Assembly (NCBI RefSeq): GCF_006345805.1
Contig: NC_043012.1
Location: 8,370,001 to 8,434,000, forward strand
Reading direction: 5' to 3'
DNA length: 64,000 bases
From: Octopus sinensis
Lineage: Eukaryota
The notes under the pieces are model-generated. The model was not told the DNA's origin, made no database searches, and was given only the letters and a program-made list of their open reading frames with translations. Position numbers and translations under genes: made by a program. Below are positions 51,815 to 63,497 of the stretch, one piece after another; position 1 is the stretch's first letter; the number at the start of each line of letters is the position of its first letter.

Positions 51815-52125
51815 TTTTACTTGTTTTGATCATTAGAATGCGGCCATGCTGGGGCACCACCTTGAAGAATTTTTTTGTCGAATAAATCAATGCTGAAACT
51901 AATTTCTTTTAAAAGCCTGGTACTTATTCTATCAGTCTCTGTCGAACTTCTAATTCATGGGGATGTAAAGATACGAAGTCCAGATGTCAAACAGCGGTGG
52001 GAGACAAACACAGACACAAAGACAAACATCTTTCAGTTTCCATTGATCAAATCCACTCACAAGGCTTTGGTTGACCTGGTACCATGCAGTGGGACTGACC
52101 CTGAAAACCATGTGGTTGGAAACTA
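51815..52125 (-). mobile_element. SINE family 1 (degenerate)
   Basis: Tail and head motifs present. Confidence 0.7.
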
Positions 52126-52483
52126 TTTACATAGAGAATAAGGAGAAGAAGAAGAAATAGAGAAGCAGCTTGTAGAATTTGTATTTTATTAACTTTAACA
52201 TATGAAATTTTAGAATTTTTTTAGATTTAAATGTGGCTTTGTTCCATTAGAACTTTTGGTATCTGAATATCTTTTGTACCAATTCTTCTTGAAACAGTAA
52301 AGTTCTTTCAGTTTATATGTTGTGTGACTTATCATCATCATCATCATCATCATCAACATAACAAAAAAAACTAAAAATTAAAAGTGGGATAAAAAAACAT
52401 GATTTGTTAAGGTGAAGTGAGGGTGATTGTTACTTCATCGATGCACGGGGATCTCAAGCATATTACAATCATAAAGCTTGCTG

Positions 52484-52768
52484 GAAGACAATATCATTTG
52501 AATGGATTGATAAGGAAAATTTTGGAATAAATTCTTCATTTCTTAAAATTTCTTAAGGACAGAGAGATGTGAGTCTGGATTTGTTGAAGGTAATATCATT
52601 GGCATGACTTGATAGGAATGATTTTGGAATAAATTCTTTATTTCTCTAAAATGTCTTAAGGACAGAGAAATGTTGGTCTTGGATTGGTTGAAGACAATAT
52701 TATTGAAATGAATTGGTAAGAATAACTTTGGAATAAATTCTTCATTTCTGCAAGATATTCTAAGGACA
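52484..52768. repeat. Diverged 102-104-bp tandem repeat, about 2.8 units
   Basis: Units start at 52484, 52586 and 52690; shared TTTGGAATAAATTCTT and TAAGGACA. Confidence 0.85.
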
Positions 52769-53320
52769 ATAGACCGGTGGATCGGGATATGTATGGTCTG
52801 TTTTCACCTGTGATAAATAGAAATAAAAAAAAAGTATGTTACAATGTTGATATTGTTTGATTATAAATTTCTTTTGATTAGTAACCATGAATTTAAATAG
52901 GAAAGACTTATCAGTATTTAGGTGAGTACGTAGGTAGGTAAAGTTATCTTCTCAAGTTATGTTGACCTATAATGGCAGTTACCCGGTTTCATTGCAAGAT
53001 TACTCACTTTTGCCAGTTGAATGGACTGGAGTAATGTGAAATGAAGTGTTTTGCTCAAGAACACAATGCATTGCCTGGTCCAGGAATCAAAACACTATCT
53101 TATGACCATGAGTTCAACACCCTAACCATTAAGCCATGTGACTCCACATTTAGTGGGTGGGAATGCATGGGAAAAAGAGAATCTGCCCAACATGGCCCCA
53201 ACAGAGGGACCAGCTATTCTAATTGATGGCAGTTTGATAGATAAAGCAGTTAAGGATATGAAGACAGGGAAAGCCTCTGGGCTGTCAGGAATCATTGCTG
53301 AGATGTTTAAAATCAGGAAG

Positions 53321-53771
53321 CTGTTATACCCAATGACTGTTATACCCAATGACTGTTATACCCAATGACTTATACCCAATGATTGTTATACTTAATGACT
53401 GTTATACCCAATGACTGTTATACCCAATGACTGTTATATCCAATGACTGTTATACCCAATGACTGTTATACCCAATGACTGTTATACCCAATGACTGTTA
53501 TACCCAATGACTGTTATACCCAATGACTTATACCCAATGACTGTTATACCCAATGACTTATACCCAATGACTGTTATACTTAATGACTGTTATACCCAAT
53601 GACTTATACCCAATGACTGTTATACTTAATGACTGTTATACCCAACAACTGTTATACCCAATGACTGTTATACCACCTAATAACTGTTATACCCAGTGAC
53701 TCATACCCAATGACTGTTATACTCAATGACTTATACCCAATAACTGTTATATTCAATGACTGTTATACCCA
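53321..53771 (+). repeat. Minisatellite GTTATACCCAATGACT (16-bp and 14-bp variants, roughly 28-30 units)
   Basis: Direct inspection. Confidence 0.95.
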
Positions 53772-53774
53772 TAT

Positions 53775-54025
53775 AAAAGCACTTGTGCAGTGCCACATAA
53801 AAGTGCCCATGTGGTGCTATGTTAAAGCACCTGTTTGGTGCCATGTAAAAGCACTCAGCACACTCTGTAAAGTGTTTCGTGTTAGGAAGGGCATCCAGCT
53901 GTAGAAACCATGCCTGATCAAACTGGAGTTTGGTGCAGCCCCTTCAGCTTGCCAGCTCTAGTCAAACCATGCAACCCATGCCAACATGGACAACGAATGT
54001 TAAATGATGATGATGATTATGATGA
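53775..54025 (+). mobile_element. SINE-like family 3 inserted in the RTE remnant
   Basis: RTE sequence resumes at gactagtgtagcagc. Confidence 0.8.
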
Positions 54026-54814
54026 CTAGTGTAGCAGCATTATAGTTAAATGTTACAAAGGTAAGGGAGATGCCTTAGAGTAGTGTGCTTACAGGTGTAT
54101 CAAATTGTTGGACCAGGTCATGAAAGTTACAGTTCAACTAATTAGGTTTTGCAGTTTGGTTTTGTGCCGGGGAAAAGTACCACAGATGCCCTCTTCCTGG
54201 TAAGACAACTGCAGGAGAAGTATTTAGCTAAAAATAAGTCACCACTGTACCAAGCATTTGTTGACCTGGAGAAAGCATTCAACCAGGGTCCCTCACTTTG
54301 TGATCTGGTGATTGGTGAGGAAGTTAAGTATAGGTGAAAGACTTGTGGGGTTCATAAAACCATGTACAGGGGTTCTGTTAAAAAGGTGAGATTTAACTAA
54401 GAGGAATACAGCAATGAATTGAGTGTGCTGGTAGGAGTTCACAAGGGTTTAGCCCTCAGTCCCCTCCAATCCATCTCATTGTCCTCTGGGCCATAACACA
54501 AGATTTTAAGACTGGATGCTTACAGGAACTCCTTTATGCTGATTACCTTATTATTATTATTATTATAGCAAAATCTATAGTAGAAATAAGGTGAGAACAT
54601 ATGAAGGTTGAGTGAAGCTGGAGGAGAGGGTATAGTAATTTGGAGTGCGGCACCAGTAAGGCTATATTATATTTGAGGAAGACTTCAGTGAAGATTTATC
54701 TGAGTGATACTTGTAGTGACTATACATGAAATTTGAGTGAAAGTTCAAGTGACAGAATACAAAGGTGGAGTGAAATATTATTAAGGTGAGAGACATATTA
54801 TATCATATTATGTA

Positions 54815-54848
54815 TATATATATATATAATAATAATATAATAATAATA

Positions 54849-54887
<39 letters not shown>

Positions 54888-54945
54888 TAATAATAATAAT
54901 GTGAGGGAATATTATTTATATGTAATAATAATAATAATAATAATA

Positions 54946-54988
<43 letters not shown>

Positions 54989-55010
54989 TGAGGGAATATT
55001 ATTCCAAACT
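54815..55010. repeat. (AAT)n tract with a duplicated ATGTGAGGGAATATTATT-like unit
   Basis: Direct inspection. Confidence 0.9.
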
Positions 55011-55060
55011 TACAGGGAAAAATTCAATTTAGAAATACTAAATCAAATTCACAAAATATA

Positions 55061-55110
<50 letters not shown>

Positions 55111-55232
55111 TATATATAAATTAAAAAAAACACCTTTTATCAATTCAACAATGAAAAAATTAAATTATACCATTTAGAAGAAATTACATCTTAGAGAAAA
55201 ATTAAATATATATATATGTATATCTATATTAC

Positions 55233-55370
55233 CTTTCCAGATTCTACATCTTGTATAAGTTTTAACAAGTCATACATCTTGAGTTCTTCAACTTTTTCTT
55301 TTAAGTATGTCACTCGGTGAGAACATTCCATCATCCCACACATCGGGTCATCAGAAGAACATGGCTCGTA
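55233..55370 (-). CDS. Ankyrin-repeat gene, C-terminal exon (46 codons, YEPCSSDDPMC...VESGK)
   Basis: Acceptor ctttttctgccAG, donor GTAATA, 138 bp open frame, phase 0/0; too short for the ORF track. Confidence 0.75.
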
Positions 55371-56028
55371 CTGGCAGAAAAGAGAAAGACAATGGTGATA
55401 ATAGAGTGGGTAGAATCTTCTAAAAATGTTTGAATTATTTTTTGAAATGGTAACTAGTTCAGTTTTTAAATATTGTAGCTGTGAACAGATTTTGTAGATG
55501 GAAACTGAAGGAAGCTCATCACATATATGTATTTATGTGTGTGTGTGTGTGTGCATGTAGGTGTGTATGCATGTTGAGTGCGTGTTTCTGTATGCTTGTG
55601 TGTGTGTATGTGTGTTCATGCGTGTGCATGTGTAGGTGTGTGTGCATGTTGTGTGTGTGTTTGTGTGTGCTTGTGTGGTGTGTTTGTGCGCGCGTGTGTG
55701 TATGTTTGTATGTATGTGTGTGTTTGTGTGCATGTGTGTTTGTGTGTGTTCGTGTGTGTACACATATCTTCACATCATGTGATGACTGTAAACAAGTTTC
55801 ACTGTCATACAAGCAGTGTTATTCATTTCCAGTCTCCTGGGATAAGCATGTTCTGGCCATGGAGAAATATTACCTTGCTAGGAAACAGGTGACGCTTGGT
55901 GACAAGAAGTGCACCCAACCATGGAAAACTTGCCTCAACAAATTCCATCTGACCCATCGAAGTGGACATTAAAACAATGATGGTAAATCTGAGATGAAAA
56001 ATATTTGAAATAATGGTGTTATTTTTAC

Positions 56029-56193
56029 CTGTTTCCATATGTTTGTTCTGAAACCTTTGAGTACCAAAAACTTTGCAAGTTCCTCATGGTTATTGTCCAA
56101 ACAGGTGAACAATGCTCTGCTACTGTAGCGACTGATGCCTTTTACTTTGTGTAAACCTTCAACAAGTTCTTTCACTTGATCGAGATCATTTGC
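56029..56193 (-). CDS. Ankyrin-repeat gene, internal exon (55 codons, ANDLDQVK...NIWKQ)
   Basis: Acceptor taatttaaAG, donor GTAAAA, 165 bp; AIQ|ANDLDQVKELV continues the ankyrin helix pattern. Confidence 0.8.
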
Positions 56194-56399
56194 CTTTAAA
56201 TTATAATGAAAGTAAAGCATAAGAAAAAACAACAAAAACAAATAGGTAGATAAAATTGGTAAAGATTGGTGAGAAAGAGAGAGGGAGAGAGGAATTGAAC
56301 CAAAATAATGACTAAGAACATCTCAGAATATCTGGGGTAAACATTTCTAATTTCTATCAAAAATCTGTCAAGATAACTTTAAAAAGTGAGCGAACCACA

Positions 56400-56622
56400 C
56401 TGGTAACACAGGTAGGACACAATTGCCAGTACCACCTGACTGGCCCCGTGCCGGTTGCACCCACAACACTCTCGGAGTGGTTGGCATTAGGAAGGGCATC
56501 CAGCTGTAGAAACTCTGCCAGATCAAGATTGGAGCCTGGTGCAGCCATCTGGTTCGCCAACCCTCAGTCATACGTCCAACCCATCTAGCATGGAAAGCAG
56601 ACGTTAAACAATGATGATGATG
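56400..56622 (+). mobile_element. SINE-like family 3
   Basis: Core and (GAT)n tail. Confidence 0.8.
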
Positions 56623-57150
56623 AAAGCCTTATAATGGGAGGCAAGGTTCATGATATTGGATGAACATCACCTTCTCCCATTAAAATTGTTCTTTGTGTTG
56701 TTTCAGGCTCTTGCAGGTCAAGAAAGATGTCTCAAGTGGAAATGCAACTTCACAACCAGTTTATTTACATAGTTACACAGAATAAATGATGTGTGTCGCT
56801 CTCAGTATACCATCTCAAGCTGTATACATCTCATTGTATCTCCATTAATGTGGGCCCATTACCTCTGGAGATACAATGTGTAGACAGGATTAGCCTGGAG
56901 GCCCAACCAGCGGATGTGTGTTTAGCAAGCACTTGCCATGAAAAGAGAGAGAATCTATTTGTTGGACCCTTATATCTGGTTTGCCATCGTGAGCCTTGTT
57001 GTGATCTTGCGCATGGCAAATGGATGCAGGTGAGATCTCGGTCCAGTCTCAGAGATGGTAACGGCTGCTGGCGAGATCTCATCCAATATGGTGCTGACTG
57101 CTTGTGCTGCTACAGCCTTTAATATAAGCAAAGTAGCTAGTTCTAAAATC

Positions 57151-57375
57151 TTTGAAAGAGATACAAGTACTTGGAAGTCTGACATCTTTTACGATGCTGG
57201 TAAGAACTATCTGCTGAGAATGTGCAATGATTTGCTTAGAAGACTTTCCAAATCTCAGAATACTATGTTCCGTGGTCGGATACAGCTGTTCCTGTCTCGG
57301 TTATTTCCGCTCTCTGAGAAATCAGCTTTGAACTTAATGAGTCAGTTTAATTTGGACAAAAAAGTAGTGACAATA
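57151..57375 (+). pseudogene. THOC1: THO complex subunit 1 (THOC1/Hpr1) coding fragment, intronless, antisense within an ankyrin-gene intron
   Basis: TWKSDIFYDAGKNYLLRMCNDLLRRLSKSQNTMFRGRIQLFLSRLFPLSEKSALNLMSQFNLD matches the conserved THOC1 block from memory; no good flanking splice sites; FRG in place of the conserved FCG. Confidence 0.85.
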
Positions 57376-57589
57376 CTAGAATGTAATGTTTGTTCCTACT
57401 TCTGTGTGGCTGTTCCATAAGGAAGTATGTTACTACATTTTAATCTCAGGGAAAAATTTTTTCCAGCTAGTTAATGACACATAACCTGCATCTGATATAT
57501 TGTAAGGGAGTGAACCACTCCCCTTCAACATGGCGAGCATATTATGGTCCAGTAATGAAATATGGAGTTCCTACTAGTAATTATTAGAA

Positions 57590-57875
57590 ACAGGGTTGTG
57601 TGGTAAGTAGCTTGCTTACGAACCACATGGTTCTGGGTTCAGTCCCACTGCGTGGCACCTTGGGTAAGTGTCTTCTACTATAGCCTCGGGCTGACCAAAA
57701 CCATGTGAGTGGATTTGGTAGACGGAAAGTGGAAGAAGCCTGTCATATATATGTATGTGTGTGTGTGTGTGTGTGGTGTGTGTGTGTGTGTGTGTGTGTG
57801 TTTGTGTGTCTGTGTTTGTTCCCCCCAACATCGCTTGACAACTGATGCTGGTGTGTTTACGTGCCTGTAACTTAG
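57590..57875 (+). mobile_element. SINE family 1 (3'-truncated)
   Basis: Head and core present, tail replaced. Confidence 0.8.
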
Positions 57876-57899
57876 GTCTAAAATTCGTGGGTAGAGGAC

Positions 57900-58060
57900 T
57901 AGTTGATTATATCGAACCCAGTGTTTCACTGGTACTTAATTTATCAACCCTGAAAGAATGAAAGGCAAAGTCGACCTAAACGGAATTTGAACTCAGAATG
58001 TAAAGATGGATGAAATGCTGCTAAGCATTTTGTCCGGCATTCTAACAATTCAGCCAGCTT
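57900..58060 (-). mobile_element. SINE family 2 (degenerate)
   Basis: Core motif. Confidence 0.7.
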
Positions 58061-58081
58061 GCTGTCTCAATAATAATAATG

Positions 58082-58133
<52 letters not shown>

Positions 58134-58180
58134 TAATAATGATAATAATAATAATGATAATAATAATAATAATAATAATA

Positions 58181-58790
58181 AAGAAGGCTAAGAAGGAATA
58201 TATTCACAGACATGACAGAGTTGGAACCTACATACATTGGAAGCTATGCCAACATTATGGAATAACAACAGAAAAAAGATGGTATAGGCACACACCAGAA
58301 AAGGTCACAGAAAACGAGAAAGCAACCATACTCTGGGATATGCCGATACACACAGATAGAGAAATTAAGGACAACAGACCAGATATAGTTTATAGAGATC
58401 ATGAAGAAAAAAAATGCTTTCTAATTGATGTATCAATACCAGCAGATGACAACGTGTCTCTAAAAGAAATGGAGAAACTTTCAAAATACAAAGACCTGGA
58501 AATAGAGGTAACCAGAATGTGGAATCTAAAAACAGAAACAATTCCTATCATAGTAGGTGCATTAGGCATGATAAAAAGATATTCAGACAAATACATAACA
58601 AAAACACCAGGACTTACAAACACATATAACATACAGAAAATTGTACTACTAGGCACTGCACACATCCTACGCAGAACACTTTCCATACAATAACCATCAG
58701 AGCATCACAACAAATCACAGCACATACCCAAGGCACACAGAGCTGCGCTCGGTAGTGAAGTGAAAGAACGCTATAAAAATAAAACTACTG
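58181..58790 (+). mobile_element. 5'-truncated R4/Dong-clade non-LTR retrotransposon (restriction-like endonuclease C-terminus)
   Basis: YIHRHDRVG..WDMPIHTD..NRPDIV..LIDVSIP..EKLSKYKDL..IIVGALG..ILRRTL*, 3' UTR, (AAT)n on both sides. Confidence 0.85.
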
Positions 58791-58843
58791 AATAATAATA
58801 ATATAATAATAATAATAATAATTTTTGAGTAGGAACAGTTTAC

Positions 58844-58984
58844 CTGGATGGCGCTGAAAAAGGATTCTTCGAAACTCGTTTCTTCTAAGAATACTTCCAG
58901 TTCAAATTCACAAATTGATTTTTTGATGCATGCAAATTGCATGGTGCAGTTGCACTCATAATAGTCATTTGGTGTCTTACCACG
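58844..58984 (-). CDS. Ankyrin-repeat gene, internal exon (47 codons, RGKTPNDY...FSAIQ)
   Basis: Acceptor gttgtttcAG, donor GTAAAC, 141 bp; KDN|RGKTP completes an ankyrin turn across the junction. Confidence 0.82.
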
Positions 58985-59197
58985 CTGAAACAACAACAAC
59001 AACAACAACAATTAGATGCTCTGATTTAGTTTATGTTTTCCTTTGGAGTTTGGCAAAAACCATTAAATTCTTATAACTTTGTTCACTGAAAAATCATAAA
59101 AATTTGTTAATAATGGTTCCAGTGATTTCATTTGTTTTCTACCTGGGCGAAGGATGAGAGGGGGCAATACAAAACAGATATAAAGTGTGGGAGTTTA

Positions 59198-59590
59198 TCT
59201 TTATATATAAAAGTAAGGTTGCGTGCTGTCTGTCTCCTATGATTTAGATTCCTAACTACTCCCACATTTTGCAGTGCAGTTTAACCAAAACCGGGTATCT
59301 TATAGTCGTGATTCATATCGAGCCCTTCTGGGTATTAGCGCGCGTCTACGATTTGAAAAAAATTTACCATCATTTTTTTGCATTTTTAATGCATTTTTTT
59401 GCTATTATATAAGGGAAGTAACTCTCTAAAAATGTCTACGATGAGTCTACGATTTAAAAAAAAAATTACCATAATTTTTTTTCCATTTTTAATGCATTTT
59501 TTTGCTATTATATAAGGGAAGTAACTCTCTAAAAATGCTTATATAGTTATTTCCCTTACAAACCCGAGCAACGCCGGGCGATACTGCTAG
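59198..59590 (+). mobile_element. Non-autonomous Helitron, family H1 copy 3, with internal tandem duplication
   Basis: A|TC...hairpin...CTAG|T; about 90-bp internal segment duplicated. Confidence 0.88.
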
Positions 59591-60322
59591 TGTAATATAC
59601 AAAGATTAACAAAAAAAAAATGGTAAGGGTGGGGGTGATAGGTGTTGTCCTTCTGATATAGGATGACCTCTAGGAATAATGAAGGTACCCTACTGTCCAA
59701 GATCTCCCTGATCGCCAAAGGCAAGTGCCCTCTTGAATTCCATTTCTCCGACTCATAGATCTATACTTAGAGAGGTACCATCCACTCTTGCCATTTTTGC
59801 GATTTTCAATAAAACTCACTCAAGGACCGCACTTTCCTCTCCACTCTCAATTTCCTTTTCAAATGAAATGTGAAGAAGTTAATGAGACCTCTACCAAAGA
59901 GGGATGTATCTGTCTTCATGCCTTTCAGCCTTGTTCATCAGATAACTTCTTTTGCCACAGCCACCAGGCAAAGGAAAATAATAATAATGGTTTCAGATTT
60001 TGGAAACAAGGCCAGCAGTGTAGCAGGAGGGGTAAGTCGATTACATCAACTCAGTACATGACTGGTATCTATTTTATCGACCCCGGAAAGATAACTTCTT
60101 TCACCACAGCCACCAAAGCCGACCTTGGCAGAATTTGAACTCAGAATGCAAGGATGGATGGAATGCTGCTAAGCAACTTGCCCAGCAAGCTAATGATTCT
60201 TCCAACTCACCACTTGAGTGGACCGGAGCAATGTGAAATGAAGTAATTTGCTCAAGAACACAATGTGCCTCCTGGTTCAGGAATTGAACCTGCAATCTAG
60301 CAATTGTAAGTGCAAAACCGTA

Positions 60323-60555
60323 ACCTATTTCTTTACTACCCACAAAGGGCTAAACACAGAGAGGACAAACAAGGACAGACAAACGGATTAAGTCGATTAA
60401 AACGACCCCAGTGCGTAACTGGTACTTATTTAATCGACCCCGAAAGGATGAAAGGCAAAGTCGACCTCGGCGGAATTTGAACTCAGAACGTAACGGCAGA
60501 CGAAATACCGCTAGGCATTTCGCCCGGCATGCTAACGTTTCTGCCAGCTCGCCGC
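60323..60555 (-). mobile_element. SINE family 2 (young, intact)
   Basis: Full-length, CpG-rich. Confidence 0.92.
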
Positions 60556-60755
60556 GTGCCTTCACCATGCCAACATGTCATAGTATATAGTCGTAATGGT
60601 TATTTGATTAAGTCTTGGAGTGAAACATATTTTCTCTCTCTTTCTTTGTTCTTGAAAACGGCTGAAGTTGAGAGGAGCAGAGACTGTCGTAGTAGCGGTA
60701 GAAAGAGTGGAAGAGTACCTGCCACACATGATAACGGATATTAATGTGAACTTAC

Positions 60756-60860
60756 GTTGTCCTTAATGGTCACATCAGCTCCGAGTAGCTTCAATAGATG
60801 TGAAATCTCTGAGGTGTCTTCAAATAATACAAAGCTGTAATGTAATGGGGTACGGCCATA
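60756..60860 (-). CDS. Ankyrin-repeat gene, internal exon (35 codons, YGRTPLHY...IKDN)
   Basis: Poly-T acceptor tttttttcAG, donor GTAAGT, 105 bp; canonical GRTPLHY and LGADVTIKD. Confidence 0.9.
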
Positions 60861-60984
60861 CTGAAAAAAAAAAAAAAGGGTAGAAAAAAACAGAAAGGTA
60901 GTAGAAAAAGAAAAGAGAAAAACCTCATAAAATATCACTATGAGTCTGTGAATATTAACCCGCATTCAGATTCCTCTGTCAAAT

Positions 60985-61170
60985 ATGAATCTCAAATTTT
61001 GGCACAAGGCCAGCAATTTCAGGGGAGGGGTTAAGTCGATTACATCAACCCCAGTGTCCAACTGGTATTTATTTTATTAACCCTGAAAGGATGAAAGGCA
61101 AAGTTGACCTTGGCAGAATTTGCTTAGCATTTTACCCAGTGTGCTAATGCTTCTGCCAGCTCACCGCCTT
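60985..61170 (-). mobile_element. SINE family 2 (degenerate)
   Basis: Core motif. Confidence 0.7.
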
Positions 61171-61391
61171 AAGAAAAGTTTCCTGCAGGCAGCTATGGGG
61201 ATCAAACCCCATTCATCTCAGATACTGGCCAAGTGCTTTACCATTAAGCCAAATGCCCCCTGCTTACTCTTTTTTATTTTTTCATTTTTTGTAATTTAAA
61301 GAATTTTAAACCTAATATATTATAATTAAGCTTTTTTTTTCAGTTGAATTTACTTTGGACAAAGAGGAGATATTATTTAATTAATTTTTAA

Positions 61392-61613
61392 CCCTTTTGT
61401 TACCATATTTCTGTTGAGATTCTCTGTGTTTCTTTCAATTAATCTTAAATATAACAAAGAATTTAGTAAAATAACTTGGTTATCATTAAGTTAGTATTAG
61501 GAACATAAATTGTGACTAAAGTTTGGTGGAAGATTTTAATTCAAAACTTATGAAAACAAGACATTTGTACTACAGACCCAATGCCGGTTTCAGCCGGGTT
61601 GGTAACAAAAGGG
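61392..61613. mobile_element. piggyBac-like MITE
   Basis: Perfect 13-bp TIR CCCTTTTGTTACC; TTAA on both sides. Confidence 0.85.
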
Positions 61614-61796
61614 TTAAACAGGTGAGGATTGATGAGAGAAAGGACACCAGGTGATAGAAACATCTTTTCCTATAAAATTCCTTCTGATCCATGCCAGCAT
61701 AGAAAAATGGTTGTTAAAATGACGATGATGATGAAAAAGTATAAATCAATAAATCTGTATCAATAATCATGAATAAAGCGGTTATTTCCATCTTAC

Positions 61797-61994
61797 ACTG
61801 TCTGCTTCATTGACAAGTATGGAATGTTCTGTGATGAGATATTCTGCTACAGATTTCTGCTGATGTAGAAGAGCGTAAAGAAGCACCGATCTGCCGCACT
61901 TGTCTCTTCGCAATGTCGACTTTTTCTTCATCAATTTCTTCACATTTTGCAGATCACCTTCTTTGATATATTGGTATATTTTATCATCTTCTTC
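61797..61994 (-). CDS. Ankyrin-repeat gene, internal exon (66 codons, EEDDK...NEADS)
   Basis: Acceptor tttttactgaAG, donor GTAAGA, 198 bp, phase 0/0; EGDLQNVKKL and DKCGRSVLLYAL ankyrin motifs; joins in frame to YGRTPLHY. Confidence 0.88.
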
Positions 61995-62676
61995 CTTCAG
62001 TAAAAATACAAGAATAGGAAAATGGTAGCTAATAGTTGGTACCACGGTATATTGCAGTCGGTTTTGTACAGATTATAATACATAGGAGAGAAAGAGAGAG
62101 AGAGAGAGGAAACTTCAATCAATGGCATCAACCACAGTGTATTACTGGTATTTTAATTATCTACTCCGTCTCCTTCTGCAGGGTGAAGTTGGGATGAGAA
62201 GGAGTATAGCGTTAGGATATTAAAGGTTATAATAAAATACTTCAAGATGGTTTCTGTGTCACTCCATAGTGATTCTACATTTTAAAAACACTAAACCATG
62301 AACCAAAAAATATTAGAGAATGTGTATCATATATAATGGATGGACATGTGGGAAATATGTCCTGTGTATCGTGTGTGATACGTAGGACAGGCAAACGGTT
62401 AAAAAGGAGAACATATTGATTAATAGGGTAATGTGCTCCAGCTTGGTCGCAGTCTCATGACTGAAACAAGTAAAAGATGAAAGAAAGGATTGAAAAGATT
62501 ATATATTTAGTGTGGTACACTATCTGAAAATAGAAGACAAGACAGTCATGGCTGGAATGTCATTGACTATAGGTCTCTCCGGATCAGGTCTGACCTAGAG
62601 CTATACAGCAAAAGCAACAACTTCAACAACAACCACTAAAACTCTGAGGATTGAGTTCTTAAAACTTATTATGAAA

Positions 62677-63497
62677 CTAGCAGCATAGCCCGGCATTGCC
62701 CGGGTATGTAAGAGCCCCTAGTAGGCAATGACTAATCCCAATCTAGTCCTTTCCCTCTTGGGAACGAAGGCGCATGTGTAGGTTGCAATGTCTTCTCTTC
62801 ACTCGAATACTTCTGTGTATATGATGTTCCTAGCTGTCCCTTTGGGCGAAAACATGAAAACATCATTGCGCCTCCCAAGAGAGTTAAAAAGGTCGAGTTG
62901 CGTCCCCTAGACAGTCTGTGGTTTGTGTTTAATACACAAATCGGTGTGCCACACATGATTTAATTAACCAATTTTTTCCAGCAATAAAGTATCCTATTGG
63001 AAAAAAAGGGCCATATAGCTCCTTGGAGCAGACATGATGCTCACTGTGAATTTAAAAAAAATTCCTGCCAATTTGTGAAAGATATTGTCCAAAATATGTC
63101 ATCTTGAATTTGAATGCGATTTCCCAAAATGGCATGATTTTATCGATTTTTTCTGATGGTAAGGTATTGCATGGAAAACTAACATCAGAATTAAGTTTCT
63201 TAGGGTAACATTAAGCTTCACCATGAGTTTGGTGAAAATCGATTGCAAGTTGTGAAAACTACAACAGAAAATGTGTTGCATATAAAAAGCTTAGATTCTC
63301 GACCCCCATCTCGAATTTATCGATTTCTTTCAGAACTGGGGGAACTTTTCAAAATTTTCGCTGCGTTAGTTTTGAATTATGACATTGGGCTATGTGTGTG
63401 TCAAGTTTTATCAGAATCGGTTGAAAGCCGTGGTCAGGGTGAGGGCACAACCTGACAGACACACAGACAGACAAACTGCCGTTTATATAGAGAGAGA
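62677..63497 (-). mobile_element. Non-autonomous Helitron, family H2 (about 820 bp)
   Basis: A|TC 5' end with GACA repeats, CCCGGGCAATGCCGGG hairpin, CTAG|T 3' end. Confidence 0.75.

Larger units (their letters stand above)
53150..54590 (+). mobile_element. RTE-clade LINE RT fragment interrupted by a minisatellite and a SINE
   Basis: AVKDMKTGKASG.., CYKGKGDALE, QFGFVPGKSTTDALFLVRQLQEKY, AFVDLEKAF, ELLYAD; homologous to 10036-10530. Confidence 0.88.

Noticed and set aside
56900-57150. Faint resemblance of GPVSEMVTAAG to the flavivirus NS2B N-terminus (endogenous viral element idea)
   Set aside because: Only a few residues match, the frame has several stops, and no other viral motif is seen. 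BLASTx would be needed.
58079-58693. 204-aa ORF as a host gene
   Set aside because: The N-terminus is translated (AAT)n; the remainder is a non-LTR retrotransposon endonuclease domain.
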